64,000 nucleotides of DNA from assembly GCA_963833425.1 (NCBI GenBank), contig CAWHXP010000005.1:96001-160000 (forward strand). Reading direction: 5' to 3'. The position numbers were made by a program, and so were the translations under genes. Shown here piece after piece: positions 23,368 through 34,955 of this stretch. Numbering within the stretch: the stretch's first letter is position 1; the number at the start of each line of letters is the position of its first letter. This stretch comes from an uncultured Methanosarcinaceae archaeon (lineage in GTDB: Archaea > Halobacteriota > Methanosarcinia > Methanosarcinales > Methanosarcinaceae). The notes below the pieces were generated by a model. The model saw only the letters and a list, made by a program, of their open reading frames with translations. It was not told the origin of the DNA and did no database searches.

Positions 23368-24354
23368 TTATTTTCCTACTTCAATTAATCTTCCTTCTTG
23401 ATAGGACCGTATAGCTGCCATTGCTACTTCAAGAGCGTGTTTTCCGTCTTCTCCACAAGGATTAGGTTTTCTGCCTGTCGCAGCGCAGTCTATGAAATAC
23501 TTTAGTTCATTTTTTAGTGGTTCACTGTGCTCCACCTTGGCTTTTCTTATCCATTCATTATCATGAAGTTGTACCGTTTGATTTATATAGTCCAGATATG
23601 CAACTCCCTTCACTCCTATTGCTGTAAGCTGTCTTACTTTATGTGGGGTCAGCCAGTTTGTTTCCACAACCCCCGCAAAGTCATGATCCATACGGAGAAT
23701 AATTGAGGCGTGGTCTTCAAATGAGTGGATGTCTGCACCTGCAATAGCATAAACATTATTTATTTTTTTGCCGTAAAGGTACGAGATGATGTCTATGTCA
23801 TGGACCCCTATATCTAAAATTACTCCCACATCTCTTATCCTCGGATTATAGGGCCCGACTCTTTTTGTTGAGATTGAAACTATCTTGCCCAAGATTCCTG
23901 AGTTTATGATTTCTTTAAGCCGTATGACTGCTGGGTTAAAACGCTCAATATGTCCTATCATAAGGACTTTTTCTGCTTTTTTTGCGGCTTCGATCATCAT
24001 CTCAGCGTTTTCAGTCGTATCTGCAATCGGTTTCTCCACAAGGACCTGCATTCCTGCATCAAGGGCATCGAGTGCTACCTGCTTGTGCAATTTTGTTGGT
24101 ACAACCACACTTACAGCATCAAGTCCTTCAAGAAACATTTTTTTGTAATCTGTAAAGGCCTTTGTCTTGAATTGTGTAGCCATAAATTCAACGCGTTTCT
24201 GGTCTATATCCGATATCCCAGCAAGTTCCACACCCTCCATTTCACTATAAATCCTTAAGTGGTTCTGTCCCATGGCACCAGTACCTATTACTCCTACTCT
24301 GATCAAAGTCTCACTTCCTGTTTCTGAAACCGCAGTGGCTGGAAAACTATTCAA
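23368..24354 (-). CDS. Gfo/Idh/MocA oxidoreductase, UDP-GlcNAc(A) 3-dehydrogenase-like (WbpB)
   Basis: GTGAMG, VEKPIA, GHIERFNPA, DIGVHDID; operon context. Confidence 0.88.
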   Translation of the reverse strand: MNSFPATAVSETGSETLIRVGVIGTGAMGQNHLRIYSEMEGVELAGISDIDQKRVEFMATQFKTKAFTDYKKMFLEGLDAVSVVVPTKLHKQVALDALDAGMQVLVEKPIADTTENAEMMIEAAKKAEKVLMIGHIERFNPAVIRLKEIINSGILGKIVSISTKRVGPYNPRIRDVGVILDIGVHDIDIISYLYGKKINNVYAIAGADIHSFEDHASIILRMDHDFAGVVETNWLTPHKVRQLTAIGVKGVAYLDYINQTVQLHDNEWIRKAKVEHSEPLKNELKYFIDCAATGRKPNPCGEDGKHALEVAMAAIRSYQEGRLIEVGK

Positions 24355-25433
24355 TTAATTGCATAAAATTCTTTGGATGTTTTAACTATCTTCTGCAAGT
24401 CGTCTCTGGATAATCCAGGGTGTATTGGGAGGGAAAGGACCTCCTCAGCTGTTTTTTCTGAAATCGGCAGAAAATCTTTATATCCAAGGTCCCTGTAGAA
24501 GGGCTGTTTGTGAATGGGTATAGGATAATGGATTCCTGTATATACTTCTCTTTTTTTCAGAAAAGCTGCTAGTTTATCCCTATTTTTGGCTCTGATAGTG
24601 TACTGATGGAAAATATGAGTACAATTTTCTTTTGTGACTGGAGGCACAATCCCAGATATTTCATTGAGGCCATCTGAAAGAATTCCTGCGTTTATCTTTC
24701 TATCTTTTGTAAATTTGTCCAGTTTTCCGAGCTGCACAATCCCAATTGCGGCTGCAATATCAGTCATGCGAAGATTAAAACCCAGCATTTCATGCAGGTA
24801 GCGAACTTTTGAGCCGTGGGCTCTGATCATTTTTGCTTTCTCTGCAATTTCTTTTTTGTCAGTGGTGAGCATCCCCCCTTCGCCAGTTGTCATATTCTTT
24901 GTCGGATAAAAGCTGAACGCTCCTGTCCCGAAGCTTCCTACTCTTTTTCCAAGGAATTCCGCGCCATGGGATTGGCAAGCATCCTCGATTACAAAAAGAT
25001 TATTATCTTCAGCAATTTCCATTATGGCTTTCATGTCCGCAGGGTGTCCGTAAAGGTGGACTGGCATGATAGCCCTAGTTTTTGAAGTGATCTTTTCCTT
25101 GATTCTTTCTGGATCTATGTTAAAAGTATCTAGTTCGATGTCTGCAAAGACAGGTATTGCCCCTGTGTAGAGGATACTGTTTGCGGTGGCAATAAAGCTG
25201 AAGGGGCTTGTAATCACTTCATCCTCTTTTCCTATGCCGTGAGCTAGAAGCGCAATGTGCAGAGCTGCAGTACCAGAGTTTACAGCCGCTGCATAATCAC
25301 AGCCAATGTACTCAGAAAAAGCACGTTCGAATTCTTCTACTTTCGGGCCCTGTGCGATCATGCCTGAATTCAGGACTTCTGTTACCGCATCAATCTCTTC
25401 TTTACCCAGCAGAGGTTTAGCAATCGGGATCAT
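24351..25433 (-). CDS. DegT/DnrJ/EryC1/StrS aminotransferase (WbpE-like)
   Basis: NSGTAALH, PVHLYG, EDACQSHG, SFYPTKNMTTGEGG. Confidence 0.93.
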   Translation of the reverse strand: MIPIAKPLLGKEEIDAVTEVLNSGMIAQGPKVEEFERAFSEYIGCDYAAAVNSGTAALHIALLAHGIGKEDEVITSPFSFIATANSILYTGAIPVFADIELDTFNIDPERIKEKITSKTRAIMPVHLYGHPADMKAIMEIAEDNNLFVIEDACQSHGAEFLGKRVGSFGTGAFSFYPTKNMTTGEGGMLTTDKKEIAEKAKMIRAHGSKVRYLHEMLGFNLRMTDIAAAIGIVQLGKLDKFTKDRKINAGILSDGLNEISGIVPPVTKENCTHIFHQYTIRAKNRDKLAAFLKKREVYTGIHYPIPIHKQPFYRDLGYKDFLPISEKTAEEVLSLPIHPGLSRDDLQKIVKTSKEFYAIN

Positions 25434-25492
25434 TTTTTGACCTGTTTAATGTTGCTATAATTTTCCTTTACTTAATTTTAATTAATATATAG

Positions 25493-26161
25493 TTATATTT
25501 TATTAAATTTATTTAAATCAGTTGGAAGTTCTCGTATTTTGGCGGGCACGCCAATCGCAAGTTTCCAAGAGGGTACGCTTTTTGTTACAAGTGCTCCTCC
25601 GGCAACCATTGCTCCTTCTCCAATTTCCACATCTGGAAGTAGGGTTGCATTTGCACCTATCGAAGCACCTTTTCTCAAAACAGGACCTTTCAACTCATAT
25701 TTTTTCCGGAGAGGATATTTATCGTTGGCTAGAACAGCACAGGGCCCTATAAATACACTATCTTCGATAACAACATTGGTAGGAATATATACATTGCCCT
25801 GAATGCTGACATTGCTTCCGATATTCACATGGCCGTCTATAATGACATTGGTTCCAATAAGAACATTATTTCCTATTTCAGTGTTTTCTCTAATCATTAC
25901 ATTATGTCCAGTTTTTAAGTTTTCACCAGTGTTTACATTGGAAAATATCGTTGATCCTATCCTTATAATCGAATTCTGGCCTATGGTACAGCCCGGGAAA
26001 TCAAAATCTTCAATTTCTATGTTCTGTTTCAGGATATCCATAAGGACCTTGTGTTCAGGATATCCAAGAATCACATTTTCCAGTATTACAGTGTCTTTCC
26101 CGATTACAGAGGTACCGTATATTTTAGAAGAACTATGAATTTTAAAATTAGGTGAGTTCAT
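25493..26161 (-). CDS. Left-handed beta-helix N-acetyltransferase (WbpD-like)
   Basis: Hexapeptide repeats, NDKYP, GASIGANAT, GVPAK. Confidence 0.88.
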   Translation of the reverse strand: MNSPNFKIHSSSKIYGTSVIGKDTVILENVILGYPEHKVLMDILKQNIEIEDFDFPGCTIGQNSIIRIGSTIFSNVNTGENLKTGHNVMIRENTEIGNNVLIGTNVIIDGHVNIGSNVSIQGNVYIPTNVVIEDSVFIGPCAVLANDKYPLRKKYELKGPVLRKGASIGANATLLPDVEIGEGAMVAGGALVTKSVPSWKLAIGVPAKIRELPTDLNKFNKI

Positions 26162-27329
26162 TGTCCCTCTCGTTTTTCTACTTTGTTAATTGACACGGAA
26201 AACTTTCTCCTAAAACATTAAATTTTCATGGCCACTCTTTTAATGTTTTTGCTTCTTAAATTTCCAATGATAATGATAATCTGTATGCACGGAATAAACC
26301 CAAATAATAGGTTTTAGCCATATTTTCCCGAAGTTCACTCTCATTAATTTGCATAATTACCTTAATTTTTGGGTGAATACTCTTTATAATTATTTAAACT
26401 ATTTGGTTTATTTTCCCTTTCTATCGTTTATCTTGCATTTTCGGATGAATTTCTTACCATATTTTCCATGGCATCCACTATTGTACAACACAGTCCCGAA
26501 TATTCATTACAACGGACTTCGATAAATCTCTGATTTTCATGAGTCATTTGTATGCAATTTGTAAGCATATGGCAATATGAAGGAGTTTTCTCTATAATCC
26601 TCATATATCCAATGGATACAACTTATATAAAAAATTAATAACATATAGAACTTTCAGGACCAAAAGATATAATTTGTTGTCGGGCTATTTTTTGTAAAAC
26701 TAGATACATTATTGTGACTCTGGTCTTTCTGTTATTTTATCTTTATTTTGGATTTAATGGCTCTCTATTAATATCTTTATGTTCTAGCATAACGTTTTGA
26801 TGCTTATATTCTCAAACGCATCACCAAAATTATAATTCATGAATAAAATTTTTATTAGTATTCAAATTGATGTAATAATGAAAAGATATTTCTACAGCTT
26901 TAAAAATAATTTGGAATAACATCAATTGAATAATGAGGAGAATTCTAATTATCAGTGATAAGCGGTGTCACATCAGTTCAAAGATTATTTTTTAAAATCG
27001 GAACAAATTGCGTAAAAATTATTGGAGATGATGGAGTTTCTGATTATACGGTGTAGAATAAATACACTTACGATATCATTACAGCCAGTTTGCGTTCTGC
27101 ATCTCCCTAATTATGCCATGTCGTAGATACAATAACTTTATCTGATGAAGCAAAATAGAATTATATGAGATTCTTTATGCTTAATCTCATACTGCAAAAT
27201 TTTCCAATAATTTTCTCGAATCTTCAACCCGTTAACTAAGGTAAAAAATACAAAAAAATAAGAATTTTCCCAGATATATGATATTTTTAATATATAAAAT
27301 AAATTTTTATTCATCTCCGTTTTTTATTC

Positions 27330-27605
27330 GCGGATTTGAAAGATAACTTCCACTATTCTCAAAATACTCCTCTTGTTTTCAATATCATCAAAAGATATCG
27401 ATTATACCAAAAAGCTGTATGCAACATCTTCAGATCCGCTCTTTGGATAATAATTACAAGAACTGATCCTGCCTTGGATATTTTGTAGTTGTTGCGTAAA
27501 TTCGTTCCCTGAAAACTTTTGAAGAACTAATAATCTTATTTTTTAATATATTCTTATCCCATATAATGTTTTTATTAATTTTCATTGTTGCTTCATAATA
27601 TTCTG
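27330..27605 (-). mobile_element. Degraded 3' part of an IS5-family element
   Basis: Similar to 16115-16300 and 29370-29645 (AAAGATA.CTTCCACTAT...AAATACTCCTCTT.TTTTCAAT...CAAAAAGCTGTA). Confidence 0.7.
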
Positions 27606-29260
27606 ATTTTATATTTTAAGTGAGTATTGTCTCAATATTTTCGTTTATTACGAACAATTTTTAGGTATAAATCAGAATTATGTTACTACTGTCTTCGTAG
27701 TAAACTCGAATTTTACCAAATGAGGAATGTGTATTTCCGGTCAAGTATTAAAATTTCCTCATTGTCCTTAAACATCGAAGCGAAGCATAGAAAACACAAA
27801 ACAACGTAAAAAAATTAGCCATGTTATAGAATTATTTCTCAATCTACATATTTATAATAATTGGCACTTATAATGAATATTTATTCTACTGCCCATATCT
27901 TGATAAGAAACTTTTTTAATAAGTTAAAGCATATTTAATAATATGGATTGTAAGGATAACGAAAAACTTGAGAATGAAAGTTCAAGTTTAATTTATATTA
28001 TAACGATTATTGCAATAGCATTAAGCTTTTTAGGGATAATTGTATCTATGAGATAACTTTTTTCACAAGGTAAATAAACGAAGGAACTTTTAAAACTATT
28101 TATGAATGTAAAACCCATTCCGTTTTTTTAAAAAAACAATCAATGCTTGCAAATAAGTCAGTTTACATTTTACAAAAAAGAGACCGAAGATTACTTCGGA
28201 TTAAAAACTTGTAGGTTATTCAGTATTTACTGTCTTTTTGTGATTTCTTAAATTATTTCCAGAATGTCTAAGCCCTACTCATTTATTTTTCCAACCAGCT
28301 ATCTAAGGGGTCAGACTTGCATTTGAAGAACTACTCTTTATTTTATTGGTATTTTTCCACAGGAATAATTTTATTTAAGTTTTGTTTATAATATATTTTT
28401 CAAAAGTTATGAGTCGGGTTTCTAGGATATATGAGGATGAAAGCCAAGCAAAGGAATCCGAGACCAGTCATGCAAAATTTTTAAGACTAAAGCTGGAATT
28501 CCTTCGAGGATAAAAGACAAATTATTCTCCATTGAAAGCCTTCTGTTAAAACTTGGAAGATTCTTATTAGAACATTTAAAAAATTTTTAGGTAAGTAGTT
28601 GATTCGTAAGTTGGAGTAAACTTCAACAAAAGTACAATTTTCACGGTTTTCACGAACTGAATTCTCTGAAAAATGTTCAGATAGAATAAAAATATTCGAA
28701 TTTGCAATTCATAGATTTAATGATTGTCACTTTTTATATAGCAATACTATGAAAATTTTTTCTTTTTCATCGAATTTCGTAAAAACTCCTGAAAAAGTAA
28801 CTGAAACTCAGAACCATGTAAACTTAGTCAGAAGCGTTTTGGTGCTGACTTTGGGAGTAAAATTAACAATTTATCAGGCTTCTACATGCCTTTCAAGTTT
28901 AATAAGATACATCCCATAGAATAATCTAGCCTCATGAACTTTTCAAAAAGCTATTTCATTGGCTCTTTTATTTGCTCAAAGAATGTTTGATACCCTTCCC
29001 ATGCCTCATATACCTTCCCGCAAAAAGTAGGCGCAAATTCGAAACTTATCATCTGGAAGAAAAACTCCTTTGTGGTAATTTTCTTCATCAGATCTGTCGA
29101 AATTTTTGAATCTATTTGCCATTTTTGCATCATATCCTAAATTGTTACAATTCTCAAAGAATTCTCAGAACTTTTATCCTCAGAATTTATGTTGAATTAA
29201 TTTTTATTTTAACCTGAAAAATGAACAGTAAAATATACTAGAGGATGCTGATTTATCTTT

Positions 29261-30395
29261 AGAGGATTTCGATAAACTTCGGATTTTATTTCTTAGCAGG
29301 AATTTCTCAGATCTTCCCCTCAATTTCTCTATTTAATTCCTCTTTTTGGCTTTACTTATTCTCAATTCTTTGATTTTAAAGATAGCTTCCGCTATCTTCA
29401 ATATACTTTTTTTATTTTCAATGTCCTCAATTGATGGAGATTATAACAAAAAGCCGTACACAACATTTTTAGATTTACTCTTTTAACAGTAGTAACAAAA
29501 ACTCTTCCTGCTTTGGAAATTTCTTTTGTTACTGAATAAACTCTTTCCCCTGGGACTCTTTTTGAGCTAATTCTCTTATTTCTTAATATATCCCTTATTC
29601 CCAGAGTATGTCTTTTGACTGCTCTTTTCATTGTTGCATTATACCCTTTCGTTTTTGCTCCAAAGTATCCTCTGTCCTTATAAACCACTTCATTTTCCTC
29701 TGTCAAATCTACATACGAATCATGTACTGACGCAGTTGTTGTTTGAATCTTCTGATCAGCTCATAATCTCTGTCTATTATATTATGAAGCTTATATCCAA
29801 AGTGAGACTTACCTCCCTTCTTTGTCCATGTTCCTTCTCTGCTTCTTCTTGTTTTTGCCTCATCTCTCTGCTTTTGCATGTCCTGGATCTGAATGGATAA
29901 AAGTAGCATCCTGAATCATTCCCTGCTTTATCTGTAAACCCAGAGCAGCAAGTTGGCTTTGCAACTTTCCCCATATTTTCTTTGAAATTCTCGATAATTT
30001 TCTCCCTAAATAGCCATACAGTAGTACTGTCAGATACGTATTCCAGAAATCCAAGGAATTTCCTAAAAGAAATTCGATCTATACACTGTTTCTCAAGTTC
30101 AAAATCAGAGAGCTCATGCCATTGTTGTAAAACAAACATTTTGAACATCACAATGACATCAGTTTCAAGTCTCCCTCATGAAACGGTTTTGTTAATATAC
30201 ATAGACTCAAGAATGATACGAAACGTTTTCCAATCAATTAAGGAATAAATTTCAGCAAGCTTATCTCCAACAGATTCAAGAAGTTTATACTCTTCTTTAA
30301 GAGCAAAATCAGTAAGAGTTTTCATGAATATACATAAATATTGACAAATTTAAAGTCAACCATTCTCAAGAGCATGGAGGTTATCGAAATTCTCT
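29261..30395 (-). mobile_element. IS5-family insertion sequence with frameshifted transposase (29398-30325)
   Basis: Imperfect TIRs AGAGGATTTCGATAAACT / AGAGAATTTCGATAACCT; fragments LQQWHELSDFELEKQCIDRISF, IQDATFI, KSHFGYKLH, YKDRGYFG, ERVYSVTK. Confidence 0.9.
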
Positions 30396-31414
30396 TGAAA
30401 TAGCATTTCAGGATGCGAAAGGAAAACTGTGAAATGAAGTCCACTTTACTGATAAAATCCCATTTAAATTTTAAAATTAGATATTTCTACTTGAGATTCA
30501 TACCTATGGTACTTAGAAATTACATTCCCTAAAGAGTACAATTACATTTTTAAGGTACTCCAGTCTTAACTTATCGTTTTAATTTCCGCTTTGATTAGCT
30601 CTTTAATTATTTATTCGAAAACTATTTATGACTAAATTTTTGAAATTTGTTTCTCCTGGATATTAACTAAGAACCTATACATATTGTTTTTAAGGTTGAG
30701 ATGCCTTCCACATTGTCGATTCACTTGATTTAAATGTATACTTGATCAGGCTTAATTTCGTGTGAGTCGATACTTCGTACCATCTAGAGTATTTTTATAA
30801 ATATTTTTGTCGTTTGGGATACTATCTAATTTTTAGCACTCCTGTCTATTAATTTCCATAGAACTGGTATATAAAACACTTTGATTCTTATATATGAACC
30901 TGCTAGTCGAAAGATCTCTGGAGTAAGGACGCACAAAGGGTCAGAATAGCACAGCATAAACAATTGTTACCTTTGAAATATTTGGAATTTATTTTAATTC
31001 CATTCATTTGAGTTGTGTTTCATAAAGTTACTTATAAAAGCTTCTTTCTGTTTGAAGGTGCTGAAAAACAGTTATCTGATCATCTTATTGACTCTGATAG
31101 CCTGAAAGTAAATAATTTTGTCCATTTGATAAAAATTAATTAAAGGAAGTCTGTTTGGCTGTGCATATTATTTTGAAGGAAGTCAGTTATAAAATAGCCA
31201 AACTTAGATAAGTTGAAGCTGGAACTGTTCCCTAAACAAATATGATGAGTAGCCTTAATATTTAAAACATAAATGAGAAATGAAGAATTTAAATAATCCC
31301 CTATTATTCTATCATATATATATGGTATATAAGTGACTTGTGATAATCAAATGTTTATTGGATCCTCAATAATAATATCATATACTAGAGTTATAGGCCA
31401 ACACGTAATCGGGT

Positions 31415-33565
31415 TCACTCTACCATAAATCTTGTAAGACTTCCATGAGCTTCCAAAATTTCTTTTAAGGAGAGTGAAATCTCAAAATCTTTTCCTTTGA
31501 TTTTTAGGACGTCGCCTCCGACCTTGCCGATTATAGCACAAGGTATATCCTCGAAGATTTTCTGCACAGCTTCTGGCTCAGCTGTAGTAAGCAAAGCTCT
31601 TGCAGGTGATTCTGAAAATAACAGCTCATCAGCATTCATTTCTCCAATTTTACTCAGATCTATCTTTGCACATAATTTTTTGCACATCCTTGCGAGTCCC
31701 ACACCGATCCCTCCCAAAGAAATGTCATGTGCCGAGCTTAGTTTTCCACTCTTGACAGTTTTGATTATGGCTTTTATTATTTCTGGAGCGTTTTTCGGGA
31801 CTGAAGGCACTTTTCCGGTGTTATTAGCTCCTAAACAAGCATAATACTCAGAACCTCCCATTTCTGGGATTGTTTCTCCCACCAAGATAATTGTATCTCC
31901 GAATTTTGCAAAAAAGCCTGATGGAATAGGAGTTTCGAGATCTACTTTCCCTATCATCCCTATTGAGGGAGTCGGAAGAATTGAAGTTCTGAATTCGTTA
32001 CTTTCGTTGTAAAGAGATACATTTCCACCTACTATCGGAAGAGAAAGTTCCCTGGCCCCATCTCCAAGACCAGCTACAGCGCTTTTAAATTGCCAGTAAA
32101 CTTCTGGACTTTCAGGGTTTCCAAAGTTCAGGCAATTTACAATGGCAAGTCCCTCTGCACCTTTCACTGCTAGGTTCATAGCATTTTCGATGATTGCCGT
32201 TTTTCCTCCAGAATAAGGATCAAGAAGTGTAGCTCTGGGTTGGCAGCCACAAGAGAGTGCAATTCCTTTTTTGGATGTAATTCTGAGTACACCAGAGTCT
32301 TCTCCGGGTTTGACAACTGTTCTCAACTGAACCTCATGATCATATTGTTTGTAAATCCATTCTTTTGAGGAAACGTTATGCGAGGACAAGACTTTCAGAA
32401 AAGCTGTCTTCAAATCTATCGAAGTTTCATATTTTTTGCTTCCTTCTTCCATTTCGACAATAGGAGTCAGGGAAGATTTCTCGCATGTAGGAGTTCCTCC
32501 AGTCAAAAAATATATCGGCAGATCCGCAACGATTTCTCCTCCAAACTCAACAATATACCTCGGCTCTTCTGTCAGGTATCCCACTACAGCTCCATTAAGG
32601 TCATACTTCTCGGCCAGATAAAGTACGTCATCAACATTTTCAGGGGATACTTCAAAGAGCATGCGCTCCTGAGACTCGGAAAGCAATATTTCATAGGGGT
32701 TCATGTCCTGTTCTCTCTGAGGTACTGCATCTGTAATAATATGGGCTCCTAAGTCCCCCTTTGCAGCCAATTCCGAACTCGCTCCCCCCAAGCCTGCAGC
32801 TCCAAGGTCCTTGCAGGATCTTATGTAGCCATTTTCTATGGCTTCGAGGGTCATTTCTATAAGGAGTTTTTCTGAATATGGATCTCCTATCTGAACACTG
32901 GGACGATCTTCGGCTTCTGCAGATTTACAGAGATCTCTGGAAGCAAAAGAAGCTCCACAAAGTCCATCTTTTCCAGTGCTTGAGCCCGCAAGTAAAAGCT
33001 TGTTTCCCGCTTTTTGTGAGCTAGAAGTTACTATATTCTCCTCCTTACAGAGTCCTAATGCAACTACATTCACCAATGGATTCCCATTATATCTCCTGTC
33101 AAAGAAAGTCTCACCGTTGACAACAGGTACTCCTATACAATTCCCATACCCTGCAATCCCTTTAATGATCTGCTCGAAAAAGAAGATATTTTTTGGAGTA
33201 TCTAGAGATCCAAGGTAGAGAGAGTCCATAAGGGCTATAGGGCGAGCCCCCATGGAGATTATATCCCTTACAATGCCTCCGATACCGGTAGCTGCTCCGT
33301 TATAGGGATCAACATATGAAGGATGGTTGTGACTTTCCATACCTATTGCTAGCACATATCCATCTTCGAATTTAATTACTGCGGCATCGTCTCCGGGTCC
33401 GATAATCACGTTTTCTCCTTTTGTAGTGAAGGTTTTTAGGAGAGGGGCACTTGAGCGGTAGGAACAGTGTTCGCTCCACAAATTCAAAAAGCAACCCTGT
33501 TCTACCAGGGTAGGCTCTCTCCCGAGTTCTGTTATAATAATCTTCATATCTTCTTCAGGTAACAT
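31415..33565 (-). CDS. purL: FGAM synthase subunit PurL
   Basis: [45 protein letters not shown]. Confidence 0.97.
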   Translation of the reverse strand: MLPEEDMKIIITELGREPTLVEQGCFLNLWSEHCSYRSSAPLLKTFTTKGENVIIGPGDDAAVIKFEDGYVLAIGMESHNHPSYVDPYNGAATGIGGIVRDIISMGARPIALMDSLYLGSLDTPKNIFFFEQIIKGIAGYGNCIGVPVVNGETFFDRRYNGNPLVNVVALGLCKEENIVTSSSQKAGNKLLLAGSSTGKDGLCGASFASRDLCKSAEAEDRPSVQIGDPYSEKLLIEMTLEAIENGYIRSCKDLGAAGLGGASSELAAKGDLGAHIITDAVPQREQDMNPYEILLSESQERMLFEVSPENVDDVLYLAEKYDLNGAVVGYLTEEPRYIVEFGGEIVADLPIYFLTGGTPTCEKSSLTPIVEMEEGSKKYETSIDLKTAFLKVLSSHNVSSKEWIYKQYDHEVQLRTVVKPGEDSGVLRITSKKGIALSCGCQPRATLLDPYSGGKTAIIENAMNLAVKGAEGLAIVNCLNFGNPESPEVYWQFKSAVAGLGDGARELSLPIVGGNVSLYNESNEFRTSILPTPSIGMIGKVDLETPIPSGFFAKFGDTIILVGETIPEMGGSEYYACLGANNTGKVPSVPKNAPEIIKAIIKTVKSGKLSSAHDISLGGIGVGLARMCKKLCAKIDLSKIGEMNADELLFSESPARALLTTAEPEAVQKIFEDIPCAIIGKVGGDVLKIKGKDFEISLSLKEILEAHGSLTRFMVE

Positions 33566-33652
33566 TGCATTGCCTCTGATTCTTTGAGCATTTATTTAAT
33601 CCCTGATCTTGTTCACGAGTTATTGATAAAATATGAAAAACGAGTATATTTC

Positions 33653-34016
33653 ACATTTTTTTTGGGAAAATGTAGAGAGAGTATCATGGCTACAATTTAA
33701 AAACTCATGAACACGACAGGATTATGAAGCTTCGGTTCTTTTCTTGTAATCATTCCCTGCAAGTTCAGGGTTTTTTTAGTTAGTTTTAGCAGACTATGCC
33801 GACATAAAGGGATAAGAATTAGATAAATATTTCTTTGCTACCCAAATTGCACTTCATGGGTAAGCAACCTGTCTCCCTAAGCTCGAGGGGAATAATTTAT
33901 AAATTTACAGTTTTCGTCTATTCTTTCATGTTTACCATGGTAATGATATTGTGTAGCGGCGGTGAGCTATCGAAAAATCATAACTAAGAATCTCTCTATA
34001 TTTTCCCCAAAAATGT
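33653..34016. repeat. ~360-bp segment bounded by ~30-bp imperfect inverted repeats (MITE-like)
   Basis: TTTGGGAAAATGTAGAGAGA (33661-33680) vs TCTCTCTATATTTTCCCCAA (33991-34010). Confidence 0.6.
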
Positions 34017-34139
34017 TAATTCACTAATTTTTTAGATTTAATCTAGACTAAGTAAGGGGCGCAACAAAGTATTGGATTTGATGAAAAAGAGCTAGTAAAT
34101 CAAAAAAGTAGATACGATAAAAATAAAGTGAACATAGTT

Positions 34140-34379
34140 TTATATTTGCTGGATCATTTTTTCCACTTTTACTCCGGTTTCGGTCAGGAAGTACATCTCT
34201 TCCTTTTTTGCAATTAATTCTTTCTCCTCAAGCTCTTTGAGAGTCTTTGCAATAGTTGGATATACAACTCTTAGTGTTTTAGATATTCTCTTTTCTTCCA
34301 TTTTTCCTTTTGAGGAAAGTAAGGAGAGCACCTTTTGTCTCACATTATTTCCGTTCACAAAACCTACTAATTCATTCAT
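34140..34379 (-). CDS. Small winged-helix protein
   Basis: RQKVLSLL...KTLKELEEKELI...YFLTETG pattern. Confidence 0.8.
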   Translation of the reverse strand: MNELVGFVNGNNVRQKVLSLLSSKGKMEEKRISKTLRVVYPTIAKTLKELEEKELIAKKEEMYFLTETGVKVEKMIQQI

Positions 34380-34744
34380 AAAATACTCCAGAGCGTTGAT
34401 ATTAATATCTAAAAATTATTATGTGTTCGTATGCATAATTTAGATGGATATATTGTATAATTAAACCGAGTACAGAGAAATTGAATTTAAGATATATTTA
34501 GCTTTTTGCCGTAGTAGTCCAGAATCTCTTCCGTTCCGAAACTATTTCTCCAAATCAAAATAAAAAAAACTATTGAAGTAATGGAATAGTTGATTATGAC
34601 TCTAAAAATAACTCCACTTCTGGTATATACATATATTGTTTACTATCCATCTCTCCTGAGTTACGTCCTCAATTTGACAGAATCATAATTTAAGATGATT
34701 CCGATCTACCCCTACTTTCTTTCTTTGAGGGAATGCTATCCAAT

Positions 34745-34830
34745 TTTTTTCCGTTAATTCCTGTATTTAATCAGATTTTTTTATTTTCTGGTCATCCTTC
34801 TTTGATTTCAAATATAGTTTATACTATTTT
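34745..34830 (-). mobile_element. Short IS5-family 3'-end remnant
   Basis: AATT.CTGTATTTAATCAGATTTTT...TTTGATTT.AAA.ATA shared with 16068-16130. Confidence 0.5.
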
Positions 34831-34955
34831 TATTAATAATCTTTTATGAATATTTACTTATGATTTTTTTTCCCCCCAAGCCTCAGAAAATAATTTCGAA
34901 ATCTTCCTTGTTGTTATGCTTGTTGCTGAGTTTGCTTTCAGGATTGCAGAAAATT

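Noticed and set aside
28880..29140. Short minus-strand ORF and other coding-like scraps in 26.3-29.1 kb
   Set aside because: Probably gene remnants, but I could not assign a family or boundaries
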